From an uncultured Acidimicrobiaceae bacterium (GTDB lineage Bacteria; Actinomycetota; Acidimicrobiia; Acidimicrobiales; RAAP-2), in NCBI GenBank assembly GCA_963812965.1, contig CAWEXG010000004.1:79702-143701 (forward strand): a stretch of DNA of 64,000 bases, read 5' to 3'. How positions within the stretch are numbered: position 1 is the first letter of the stretch; each line of letters starts with the position of its first letter. Made by a program: the position numbers and the translations under genes. Below are positions 53,808-62,440 of the stretch, one piece after another. The notes under the pieces were generated by a model, which was given only the letters and a program-made list of their open reading frames with translations, was not told the origin of the DNA and did not search any database.

Positions 53808-55097
53808 GTGTCCGAACCACGCCCTCCTGCCGGCGCCGATCCCGGCGCCTTCCCTGGTCACGCGCCCTCTGACGTCGGCGTGCCGCCGGCGCCGCCGGCG
53901 CCGCCGGCGCCGCCGGCGCCTCCGGGCCCGTTGGCCGGCATCACCGTGCTCGACCTGGCCAGTGTCGGTCCGGCGGCTCGTTGCACGCGGCTTCTCGCCG
54001 ACTACGGCGCCACCGTGGTGAAGGTGGGTCCGGTTCCGGGCGGGTCCGGGGCGCCCATCGTGCCGCCGTTCTACGCCTACAGCGGCCTGCGGCACATGCA
54101 GCGGATCAACATCGACCTGAAGGACTCCGACGGACGCGATGCGTTCCTGGCCATGGTGGGCACGGCCGACGTGGTCATCGAGAGCTTCCGTCCCGGTGTG
54201 ATGGACCGGCTGGGCATCGGCTACGAGGCGCTCCGGGCTGTCAACGGCGGCATCATCCTCTGCTCCACGACCGGGTACGGCCAGACCGGGCCGCGCTCGA
54301 CGTGGGCAGGGCACGACATCGACTATTTGGCGGTAGGGGGCTTCCTGGCATCGAGCGGCCCCCGGGCTGATGGCGGGCCACCGCTTCCCGGCGCCACCAT
54401 CGCCGATGCGGCAGGCGGAGGGATGCACGCCGCTCTGGCGGTGATGTCGGCGCTGATCGGCCGTGGGACCACGGGCGAAGGGACCTATCTCGACGTGTCC
54501 ATTGCCGATGGTGTCCTGTGGCTCACCTCGCTGGCGGTCGACGAGCATCTGGCCACTGGCGCCGAACCGGGTCCCGGCCACGACATCCTGAGCGGTCGCT
54601 ACGCCTGTTACGACACCTACCAGGCCAGGGACGGAAAGTGGTTGGCTGTGGGCGCCATCGAGGGGAAGTTCTTCGCCAACCTGTGCCGGCTGCTGGGCTG
54701 CGAGCAGTGGTCTGCTCACCAGCTCGACGACGACGTTCAGGACAAGATCCGTACCGATTTTCGTGCCGCCTTCGCCACCCGAGACCGTGACCAGTGGGTA
54801 TCCGACCTCTCCGACGCTGATGCCTGCGTGGCTCCGGTCCAGCGCGTGGCCGAGGTGGCCGACGACGATCAGTTCGCTGCCCGCCACGCCATCGTCGAGG
54901 CGGTGACCAGCGGTGATTCTGATGTGCCGGCGAGGTCGTTCCGGCAAGTGGGCCGGGTTCTGGCGGGTATGGCGCCGGTCGAGGAGCCGATCCAGGTGCG
55001 AGACGGGTCGGTCACCGACGTCGACGTGCTGCTCCAGCGTGCCGGCCTGGACTCGGAGCGAATCGCAGCACTGCGAAGGAAGGGGGTGGTGGCATGA
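53808..55097 (+). CDS. Family III CoA-transferase (CaiB/BaiF / alpha-methylacyl-CoA racemase-like) with a Pro/Ala-rich N-terminal extension
   Basis: LAGITVLDLASVGPAARCTRLLADYGATVVKV, ADVVIESFRPGVMDRLGIGY, GYGQTGP..GHDIDYLA. The GTG at 53808 is the proposed start. Confidence 0.85.
   Translation: MSEPRPPAGADPGAFPGHAPSDVGVPPAPPAPPAPPAPPGPLAGITVLDLASVGPAARCTRLLADYGATVVKVGPVPGGSGAPIVPPFYAYSGLRHMQRINIDLKDSDGRDAFLAMVGTADVVIESFRPGVMDRLGIGYEALRAVNGGIILCSTTGYGQTGPRSTWAGHDIDYLAVGGFLASSGPRADGGPPLPGATIADAAGGGMHAALAVMSALIGRGTTGEGTYLDVSIADGVLWLTSLAVDEHLATGAEPGPGHDILSGRYACYDTYQARDGKWLAVGAIEGKFFANLCRLLGCEQWSAHQLDDDVQDKIRTDFRAAFATRDRDQWVSDLSDADACVAPVQRVAEVADDDQFAARHAIVEAVTSGDSDVPARSFRQVGRVLAGMAPVEEPIQVRDGSVTDVDVLLQRAGLDSERIAALRRKGVVA
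53882..53920. repeat. 9-bp tandem repeat x4.3 (gccgccggc), in frame in the CoA-transferase N-terminus
   Basis: Read directly. It encodes (PPA)n, i.e. VPPAPPAPPAPPAPPGP. Confidence 0.9.
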
Positions 55098-55656
55098 GCG
55101 CCACCGGTATCGCCGAGATCGATGCGTTGATCGGGGTGGAGCAGTACGAGGAGGAGGGGGAGTTCCCCGTCGAGCGAGGCTACATCTGGACGAGCTGCTC
55201 GTCGGTGGAGAACGGCAACCCGCTGTTCTGGGACGACGAGGTGGCCGAGGAGCTCACCGACGGTCCGACGGCGCCGCCGACCATGCTCTCGGTCTGGTTC
55301 CGTCCCCATCACTGGGCACCGGGACGGTCGAAGCAGGCCCTACCGCTCCAGATCCACTTCGACCTCAAGGCCGCGCTCGACCTTCCCGAGGCGGTCATGA
55401 GCGACAACACGATCGTCTTCTACGAACCCGTGCGCCCCGGTGATCGACTGCGTACGCGGCAGATCCTGCGGTCGGTGAGCGACGAGAAGACCACGAAGCT
55501 GGGCACCGGCCGTTTCTGGGTGATCGACGTCGAGTACCACAACCAGAACGGGGAGCTGGTGGGGTGGAGAGCTACACCGGGTTCGGCTACCGCCGGGCCG
55601 CGGCCGTCGCTGTTGACACCACCGACAACACCGATGCGAAGGGTGGTGCGGCATGA
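55094..55656 (+). pseudogene. MaoC-like / FAS1-like dehydratase hot-dog subunit (ChsH1-like partner), one frame break near the 3' end as assembled
   Basis: FPVERGYIWTSCSSVENGNPLFWD..FYEPVRPGDRL..GTGRFWVIDVEYHNQNGELVG. A shift at a G4 run (55561-55564) then leads to ..VESYTGFGYR..GGAA-stop at 55654-55656, overlapping the next ATG. Confidence 0.7.
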
Positions 55657-56096
55657 GCGGCGTATCGACGAAGCCGACCCTCCTCCACGGTGACGTGGCG
55701 GTGGGGGACGAGCTGGCCGACCTGAGCTACGAGGTGAGCGCCACCACCGTGGTGCTCGGTGCTCTGGCCACTCGGGACTGGCGGCCCATGCACCACGACA
55801 AGGATTTCGCTGTCGAACGGAACGGGATCCAGGACATCTTTCTCAACACGCCCAACCAGGCGGCGTGGTTCGAGCGCTTTCTCACTGATTGGACCGGTCC
55901 TCATGGCCGACTGCGGCGCATGACCTTCCGGATGAAGGGTTCGGTGTTCCCCAACGACACCATGGTGTTTCACGGTGTGGTGTCGGACACCGGGATCGAC
56001 GACACCGGCTGCGGCTGGGTGACCGTGGACATCTCGCTGAGCGTGGATGGCGGTGTGAAGACGACGTGTGCGGCCACGGTCGCGTCCGCCTATTGA
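55653..56096 (+). CDS. MaoC-like (R)-specific enoyl-CoA hydratase hot-dog subunit
   Basis: 147-aa ORF with ATRDWRPMHHDKDFA..FLNTPNQAAW..GVVSD. It is translationally coupled to the preceding hot-dog gene. Confidence 0.8.
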   Translation: MSGVSTKPTLLHGDVAVGDELADLSYEVSATTVVLGALATRDWRPMHHDKDFAVERNGIQDIFLNTPNQAAWFERFLTDWTGPHGRLRRMTFRMKGSVFPNDTMVFHGVVSDTGIDDTGCGWVTVDISLSVDGGVKTTCAATVASAY

Positions 56097-56280
56097 TGCT
56101 GACGACAACCCGTGGGCCCGGCGGGCCGACCGGTGGCGGCCATGAGCAGCGTGCCGGTTGTGGACAGAGACGGCCGTTCCGTGACGGCACCCTCGCCTGT
56201 AGCGGCACCTTCGGGAGCACAGCCACCCCCGAGTGCCAGAAGAGCAGTACCAGACGTCACACCAGCAGAGGAGAGCTGAC

Positions 56281-57417
56281 ATGTTGGACCTCGAATTCAC
56301 CGGCGAACAGGAGATGCTGCGCCAGACCGTGCGCGGCGTCTGTGCCACCTACAGCCCTTTCAGCGTGGTGCGCCAGCTGGAGGACGATCCCGTCGGCTAC
56401 TCACCCGAGCTGTGGAAGCAACTGTCTGAGCTCGACTTGATCGGGCTGTTGCTCCCCGAGGAGTACGGCGGCTCGGGCATGACACTGCTCGAGGGCGTCG
56501 TCGTCTACGAGGAGCTCGGGCGTTCACTGGCACCGTCCCCCCACTTCGTCAGCTCGGTGCTGAGCGGTGGGGCGCTGGCGCTGGCCGGCAGCGACGAGCT
56601 GAAGAGCGTGTGGTTGCCGGGGATCGTCACCGGCGAGGCCATCCTCACGCCGGCGTGGCTGGAGCCCGAGAACGGGTTCGGGCCGCACGGTGTCCAGCTG
56701 CGGGCAGTGGCAGACGGTGACGGTTTCGTGTTGACCGGGACGAAGCGGCACGTGGCGTTCGCCACGGCTGCGAACCGGTTGGTGGTCCTGGCTCGGACCG
56801 GCGATGGCGACGAAGACGTCGATCTGTTCCTGGTCGATCCGACCGCCGAGGGCGTCACCTTGTCCCAACAGTTCTCTCTCGGCTCGGACACCCAGTACCG
56901 GGTCGATCTCGACAACGTCCGTGTCGCCACCACCGACCGCATCGGCCCCGCCGGATCGGGCTGGTCCACCTGGGACACTGTGCTGCACGACGGGATCGTG
57001 CTCGCTGCCGCTCAAGCGGTGGGCGGTGCTCAGTACGCGCTGGAGATCACGGTCCAGTATGCGAAGGACCGTCATCAGTTCGACAAGCCTCTGGGGGCGT
57101 TCCAAGCCCTGGCCCACTACCTGGCCGATGCAGCGACGACCGTGGACGGCGCCACCGTGCTCGTGCACGAAGCAGCGTGGGCACGGTCGGAGGGCCGCTC
57201 GGTTGCCAAGCTGGCGCCGATGGCCAAGCTGTTCGTGTGCAAGACCTTCCGTGACGTGACGGCTATGGCTCAGCAGATCTTCGGCGGGATCGGGTTCACC
57301 GTGGAGTTCGACATCCAGCTGTACTTCCGGAGAGCAAAGCAGCTGCAGCTCTCGTGGTGGGACGATCGGTATCTCGAAGAGCTGGTCGCCGCGGCAGTGC
57401 TCGACACCCGGAGCTGA
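56281..57417 (+). CDS. Acyl-CoA dehydrogenase family protein (possible partner subunit of 52604..53785)
   Basis: 378-aa ORF with the ACAD fold pattern (MLDLEFTGEQEMLR.., ..FVLTGTKRHVAF.., ..QYAKDRHQFDKPLGAFQAL.., ..IFGGIGFTVEFD..). Confidence 0.85.
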   Translation: MLDLEFTGEQEMLRQTVRGVCATYSPFSVVRQLEDDPVGYSPELWKQLSELDLIGLLLPEEYGGSGMTLLEGVVVYEELGRSLAPSPHFVSSVLSGGALALAGSDELKSVWLPGIVTGEAILTPAWLEPENGFGPHGVQLRAVADGDGFVLTGTKRHVAFATAANRLVVLARTGDGDEDVDLFLVDPTAEGVTLSQQFSLGSDTQYRVDLDNVRVATTDRIGPAGSGWSTWDTVLHDGIVLAAAQAVGGAQYALEITVQYAKDRHQFDKPLGAFQALAHYLADAATTVDGATVLVHEAAWARSEGRSVAKLAPMAKLFVCKTFRDVTAMAQQIFGGIGFTVEFDIQLYFRRAKQLQLSWWDDRYLEELVAAAVLDTRS

Positions 57418-57466
57418 GCTGAGCTGGATCGCTGACCGAGGGGGAGCGGGCGGCGGGTCACTGCGG

Positions 57467-59302
57467 TCAAACCACTGACCCGGCGGCCTCCTCTGTCTTG
57501 AGCAGACGAGCGAGCTCCTCGGCCACTGCTCGCTCGTGCTCTTCCTCGTCCTGCTTGGCCTTCCGCGGGCTCCACCGCCCACGGGTCAGCCAGATGGTGG
57601 GGATGAAGACGACCATCCCTGCGATGTCCACCCAGAACCAGTGCTGCCACTGCTTGGGCGAGTTCTTGACCGTGTTCTGGAGTTGGAGCAGATGGGACTG
57701 GTGGGCTGCAAGGAACGTCAGCTGCTTCTGGTAGGGGACCACCAGCGTCTCGAACTGTGTCTTCAGCGTGTTCAGTGTCAACGCGTTCTTGAGACCGATC
57801 GCAGCTGCCACTGCTGCCTGGTTGGCAACCGTGGGATCGAGGGCCGCTCGTTCGACAACCGCCTCGTGCTGCTCCACCAGGGTTAACAGGGCGGCATGCT
57901 GCTGGGCAAACGCCACGGAGTCGGCGTGCTCGGCCACGAAGTTCTGGATGGGTTCGCCCGCCACCACCGTCGTCGCCAACGGTTGGTTGTCCACCACCGG
58001 GTCGACGCTGTTGACGACGATCGGGAGGAAGATGAAGGAGATGGCCACCACCAGCCGGAGGATCCACCCCCACAGGGCCAGGCCGGTCCCTACCAGCGCA
58101 GGGTTCTTCGCCTCAATGGTCTCGGTGTACCCGGCCATCCACGGCGCGTACGCGAGCGACAAGAACACCGCCAGGATCGCCGACGTGAGGGCGATCACCC
58201 AGTAGGCGGTGTGTGGATGGGTGGCGTAGGACAGGAAGACGATGAGGGTGATGATCCCCCCCACGGCGCCGATCACCATGAGAGGCTTCCGTACCCGCAG
58301 CTTGTCCGACAGCATGCCCACGATGATGAGGGCCACGATGTCTGCGCCCCAGAACCAGGTGTTCAACCCGTTCACCTGCGACGTGGAGTAGTTCACGCCG
58401 TTCGCGTTCTGGAAGGTCACGGAGTAGTAGATGGTGAAGAACGCCGCCGCCGCGAAGTAGATGAGGAGGAACACGGCGATCCCGAACGACGATCCGACCA
58501 GGTCCCACTTTACGATCTGGCGCCAAGGGTGTTCGGTGGCCGCTTGCACCTCGGACGTCGAGAGGCCCCGAGCCCTCGCTTCCACGAGGGCTCGGTCCCG
58601 CATCGAGACCATCAGCTCGCCCCGGATCCTCGTCGACAGGTCCTTCATGAACATCAGGGAGATGACGAACACCACCAACGCCGTGATGCCCGAGATGATG
58701 AACTGGCTCTGCCAGTCGACGAAGTGGCTCAGCGTGCGGTTGGCGACGACGCTGGTGATGAGGCTGCCGGCGACTGGCCCCACCGTCCAGAAGCCCATGG
58801 CCGACGCCCGGCCCAGCTGTGGGCTGAAGTCGCGCACCATGGCCGGCGTCGCCACCAGGATCGCCCCTTCCACCAGGCCGATAGCCGAGATGACCACCCC
58901 GAACGACAGCTCCGAGTGGGTGTTCGGTACTCCGACGGCCACGAGCAAGCCGACGATCAGCAGGCCGTAGATGATGACGTTGGCCCGGCCGAGCCTGTCT
59001 GTCTTGCTCGCCGGGAGCGATGCGAACGCGCCGATCGCGTTGGAGATGATGACGATCCACACGTAGTAGTGAAACGACATGTGGTAGTACCGTAAGAGAT
59101 TTGGTGTTACACCAGTCTGCGTGTAGTACGTGTAGTACAGGACGATCGTGGCGAGTACGGCGAGCGCCAGGTAGAAGCTGCGCTTACCGGTGGTCGGGTA
59201 GTCGTTGATCTCGTGGTCGAAGAGGAACCGGTACAACGGACCGTGGCTCGGTCTCGAAGTGGGCATCTCGGACGCTGTCGGCGCACTCCCTACTACGGCC
59301 AT
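57467..59302 (-). CDS. MFS transporter with a roughly 170-aa C-terminal helical extension and an extra TM helix
   Basis: 611-aa ORF with about 12-14 TM helices. A Gln/Ala/Leu-rich soluble segment, one more TM helix and a charged tail follow. Confidence 0.75.
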   Translation of the reverse strand: MAVVGSAPTASEMPTSRPSHGPLYRFLFDHEINDYPTTGKRSFYLALAVLATIVLYYTYYTQTGVTPNLLRYYHMSFHYYVWIVIISNAIGAFASLPASKTDRLGRANVIIYGLLIVGLLVAVGVPNTHSELSFGVVISAIGLVEGAILVATPAMVRDFSPQLGRASAMGFWTVGPVAGSLITSVVANRTLSHFVDWQSQFIISGITALVVFVISLMFMKDLSTRIRGELMVSMRDRALVEARARGLSTSEVQAATEHPWRQIVKWDLVGSSFGIAVFLLIYFAAAAFFTIYYSVTFQNANGVNYSTSQVNGLNTWFWGADIVALIIVGMLSDKLRVRKPLMVIGAVGGIITLIVFLSYATHPHTAYWVIALTSAILAVFLSLAYAPWMAGYTETIEAKNPALVGTGLALWGWILRLVVAISFIFLPIVVNSVDPVVDNQPLATTVVAGEPIQNFVAEHADSVAFAQQHAALLTLVEQHEAVVERAALDPTVANQAAVAAAIGLKNALTLNTLKTQFETLVVPYQKQLTFLAAHQSHLLQLQNTVKNSPKQWQHWFWVDIAGMVVFIPTIWLTRGRWSPRKAKQDEEEHERAVAEELARLLKTEEAAGSVV

Positions 59303-59383
59303 ACAGGACCCCCCTGTGACTCGTGTTCACAACATATCTGTTGCTGTACAAGCGAACTTACTGCAACTTTGGATGTTGTGCGC

Positions 59384-60367
59384 TCACGTCTTGCCGTTGT
59401 TCACACCCTGGACAACGACGGGTACTGTGTCCGTGGGACCGGCACTGTCTAGGGAAACGTTGGTTGCCGATGGTTTGTGGAATTTGCGCGCTTCGGCCAG
59501 AAACTCGCTCGGATCGTTCGGGTCGGCCGATCCAGCTACCAGTGGAGACTGGGCCAAGGTTGCGATCCCGGAGACGAGCACGAGCAGGGACAGACATTCG
59601 AGGGGTATCCATACACCTCCGGTGCGGAGTCGGTCGCCGAAGAGCGTTACTCCCAACACGATGCTGATCAGCGGGTTGCCGGTGATGAGCGTTGTCCGTG
59701 ATGCCGTGATCGGGCCGGCGTGCAGGGCATTCTGCAGCAAGAACACTCCGAAGAGGCCGGTGACGACCAGCCCATAGGGTTCGAAGTGAGTGAAGACGTG
59801 GCCCCACCCTTCGGTGATGTAGGTGGTGGTCGCCTTGATGAGCGCAGCGTTGTAGGCGTTGGTGATCGCCGCTGCCAACCCGAAGGATGCCGCTCGCCAC
59901 CAACGTGGGCCGCGCTGAGCGGCAAGGATGGCCACCACGACTGCACTACCGCCGATGAGGCCTGCCGTCCACCACTGCTGGCCGTCGGGGAGGAGCCTGC
60001 CCCCGACTGGTGCGGCGACCACGAAGAACGCACCCAACCCGATCACGACAAGGATCGATCCGGCCCACTCTCGCCGGTGGATCGGGTAGTGGAAGGCGAT
60101 GCCGAGGATCGCCACCAGGAACAGCAGCTCGGTGCTGGCTATGGGCTGCACCACGCTGAGCTGACCGAACCGGAGTGCCACCGCCAGCAGGGCGCCGGCC
60201 AAGAGCATGAGCCCGAAACCGGCCAGCCAGATCCCCCGCCGTAGGGCGTGGGTGATCAGGCTGAGGTGCATCGACGAGCTCGACGGCGCCGACTCCACGC
60301 CTATCCGTTGGAAGACCGACGTCAACGCATTGACGAACGCCGTCGCTGCGGCCAACACGAATACCAT
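59384..60367 (-). CDS. DMT-superfamily-like integral membrane protein
   Basis: 327-aa ORF with about 9-10 TM helices in two similar halves. The family call is topology-based only. Confidence 0.55.
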   Translation of the reverse strand: MVFVLAAATAFVNALTSVFQRIGVESAPSSSSMHLSLITHALRRGIWLAGFGLMLLAGALLAVALRFGQLSVVQPIASTELLFLVAILGIAFHYPIHRREWAGSILVVIGLGAFFVVAAPVGGRLLPDGQQWWTAGLIGGSAVVVAILAAQRGPRWWRAASFGLAAAITNAYNAALIKATTTYITEGWGHVFTHFEPYGLVVTGLFGVFLLQNALHAGPITASRTTLITGNPLISIVLGVTLFGDRLRTGGVWIPLECLSLLVLVSGIATLAQSPLVAGSADPNDPSEFLAEARKFHKPSATNVSLDSAGPTDTVPVVVQGVNNGKT

Positions 60368-60491
60368 CAGATCATCCCGAAGGGACCGGCGGCTTCAGCC
60401 GTCAAAGAAGTCACGCAACACGTTCTAGCGCTGGGGGACGCCTCGTGTCCGTTCGTCTATCCAGCAGCAGCCGAACGGTCTGTTGCGATCG

Positions 60492-60609
60492 GCCGGGTGC
60501 CGGGTGCCGGGTGCCGGGTGCCGGGTGCCGGGTGCCGGGTGCCGGGTGCCGGGTGCCGGGTGCCGGGTGCCGGGTGCCGGGTGCCGGGTGCCGGGTGCCG
60601 GGTGCCGGG
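60492..60609. repeat. Heptanucleotide microsatellite (GCCGGGT / GGGTGCC) x about 17, perfect
   Basis: Read directly. It spans 118 bp with no interruptions. It starts 125 bp upstream of the DMT gene start and ends 5 bp downstream of the rhodanese stop. Confidence 0.97.
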
Positions 60610-60614
60610 CAGCT

Positions 60615-61013
60615 CTACGGCGTAGTGCTGGCCCCTCGTGCCTCGTGGGCTTGCCATGTCAGCCACGCTTGGTAGCCACCGATCAGGTCGGCGGCATGCC
60701 GGTACCCCAGCACCCGGAGGTTGTCGGCAGCCAGGCTCGAGGCGTAGCCCTGCGAGCAGACCACCACGACCGTCGTGTCGTAATCGGTGACCTCTGGAAG
60801 TCGGTGATCGCCCGACGGATCGAGGCGCCATTCGAGGACGTTGCGCTCCACCACCAAGGCTCCAGGGAGCTCGCCTTCCTCGGCTCGTTGGACAGCCGGG
60901 CGGATATCGACGATCAAGCCGCCACCATCGACGATGGTCCGGAGCTCGTTCGGCTCTACCCGGGAGATCCGCGTGCGAGCTGCAGCCACCAACTCGTCCG
61001 GCGAGGGACTCAC
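60615..61013 (-). CDS. Rhodanese-domain sulfurtransferase
   Basis: 132-aa ORF with the active-site loop VVVVCSQGYASS. It overlaps the upstream cupin gene by 4 nt. Confidence 0.8.
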   Translation of the reverse strand: MSPSPDELVAAARTRISRVEPNELRTIVDGGGLIVDIRPAVQRAEEGELPGALVVERNVLEWRLDPSGDHRLPEVTDYDTTVVVVCSQGYASSLAADNLRVLGYRHAADLIGGYQAWLTWQAHEARGASTTP

Positions 61014-61630
61014 GACGGGTCGTGGTCGCGAGTGACGTCGAACGGCCCGACCGGCTCGACATCCTCTGTCCGGACGGCGTTAAGCCGGCCAGTGCCCGAA
61101 AGGCGATAGTACGTCATCGTGCTCAATTTTGGCCCGTAGACATGGACACTTACGCCGCACTCATCGCTGTCGTTGACGATGTCGTGGATGTAGTGCGGGC
61201 CGAACGTGCGATGGTCGCCGGCGTGAAGGTCGTGCGAGCCCACGACGGCAACGCCGTGGCTGGTGGGTCTGAAGGTGGTCTCGAACAGAGACCCCCTTGC
61301 CACCACGATCGCACCGCTGGATGCGCCGTGATCGTGCAGCTCGATCTTCCCTCCCGACGGCCAACCGATGGCCCACGCTTCGAACAGATCGGTGGCAGCC
61401 AGCAGGACCCACCGGCGTTCGGTGACGTTCGCCAGCTCGGGAATGTCGGCGGCGGATACGGCGAAACCTTCTGCGATAGCCAGGAGGTCGACGTGACGCC
61501 GGGGTCGAGCAGCCGAGGGCTGGTTGGTGGGAGCGGCACACACGGGGTCCACCTCGACCACGCTGAGGTTCGACGTGGAGGGTGGGGAGATACCGACAGG
61601 GGAGCGGGGCTCGAGGAGCGTTGATGCCAC
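61010..61630 (-). CDS. Cysteine dioxygenase-like cupin (CDO type I family)
   Basis: 206-aa ORF (GTG start) with the cupin metal motif IELHDHGASSGAIVV..HDIVN..VSVHVYGP. Pairing with a rhodanese is typical of actinobacterial CDO homologues, from memory. Confidence 0.6.
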   Translation of the reverse strand: MASTLLEPRSPVGISPPSTSNLSVVEVDPVCAAPTNQPSAARPRRHVDLLAIAEGFAVSAADIPELANVTERRWVLLAATDLFEAWAIGWPSGGKIELHDHGASSGAIVVARGSLFETTFRPTSHGVAVVGSHDLHAGDHRTFGPHYIHDIVNDSDECGVSVHVYGPKLSTMTYYRLSGTGRLNAVRTEDVEPVGPFDVTRDHDPS

Positions 61631-61661
61631 ACGGCTACTGTAGGTTCATAAATATGACTAA

Positions 61662-62291
61662 TCAAGTCGGATTTATAGAATTCTGGTCGCATCCGCCGCT
61701 GTCCCGCTGCCCCAGGTCGTATCCGGACAGGAAGATCGTTGCGTCGTGGACCCGAGGGAAGCGTGCCTCGAGCTCGTAGAAACGGCGTGAGTGGCCCCCT
61801 TCGAGGAGGTGAGCCAGTTCGTGGACGATGACGGCGTCGAGCACCCAGCCTGGCACGGGTCGAAGACGGTCGGAGATGCGGATCTCCCTCGTTGATGTTG
61901 TGCACGACCCCCAGCGCTTCTGCTGGCGGGACGACCATCGGATGGACGCTGGGCGTACCCCGTCGAGATACCGGTCGCCGAGCTCCGCGGCGCGATCGGC
62001 CAAGAAGTGATCGGAGGCGTGCAGGTTGGGCAGGGTCTTCAGCACTCGACCCACCAGGTGATCGACCATGTCGTCCAGTTCGGCACCCCGTAGCCAGTGG
62101 GGAGCGAGCACCACGATACGGTCGCCTTCCCACCGGGCGGCGGCCGACTTCCGCCGACGAGTGCTGTGTCGCACCTCGACCGCCGGTGCTGGTGGTGCCG
62201 CCGGTGCCGGTGGTGACGCCTGCGGCTGTGGCGGCGCCTGCTCGGTCTCGACCGGGAACAACTCGGTTGGGTTGTGAAATGGGAGGGTCAT
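61662..62291 (-). CDS. YgjP-like (DUF45, M48-related) zinc metallopeptidase
   Basis: HEXXH in VIVHELAHLLEGGHSRRF, preceded by RWGSCT. The ATG at 62291 is preferred over 62351. Confidence 0.7.
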   Translation of the reverse strand: MTLPFHNPTELFPVETEQAPPQPQASPPAPAAPPAPAVEVRHSTRRRKSAAARWEGDRIVVLAPHWLRGAELDDMVDHLVGRVLKTLPNLHASDHFLADRAAELGDRYLDGVRPASIRWSSRQQKRWGSCTTSTREIRISDRLRPVPGWVLDAVIVHELAHLLEGGHSRRFYELEARFPRVHDATIFLSGYDLGQRDSGGCDQNSINPT

Positions 62292-62440
62292 CTCTCTTAC
62301 CGTACGGAGCAGGTGTGACGGCCTGGGACCACGGATTCCGGCTCGTCGCACCGATCGGGCGCCAGTCGCAGCGTATGCCAGATCACAGGGGGAAGGCGGT
62401 GACCCGAATAGGCCGGGGCTGGGTCGAGAGGTACGCTGAA

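Noticed and set aside
60248-61109. ORFs reading through the heptamer repeat, encoding (PGAGCRV)n or (PAPGTRH)n repeat proteins.
   Set aside because: All six frames are open simply because the unit has no stop codon. There is no start or RBS context, the flanks are unrelated, and a 7-bp unit would not be frame-stable in a real gene.
61644-61680. The inverted repeat TTCATAAAT..ATTTATAGAA as a cdo operator.
   Set aside because: The right arm lies inside the 3' coding end of the DUF45 peptidase gene (..QNSINPT-stop), and the repeat is imperfect. It is more likely coincidental AT-rich sequence.
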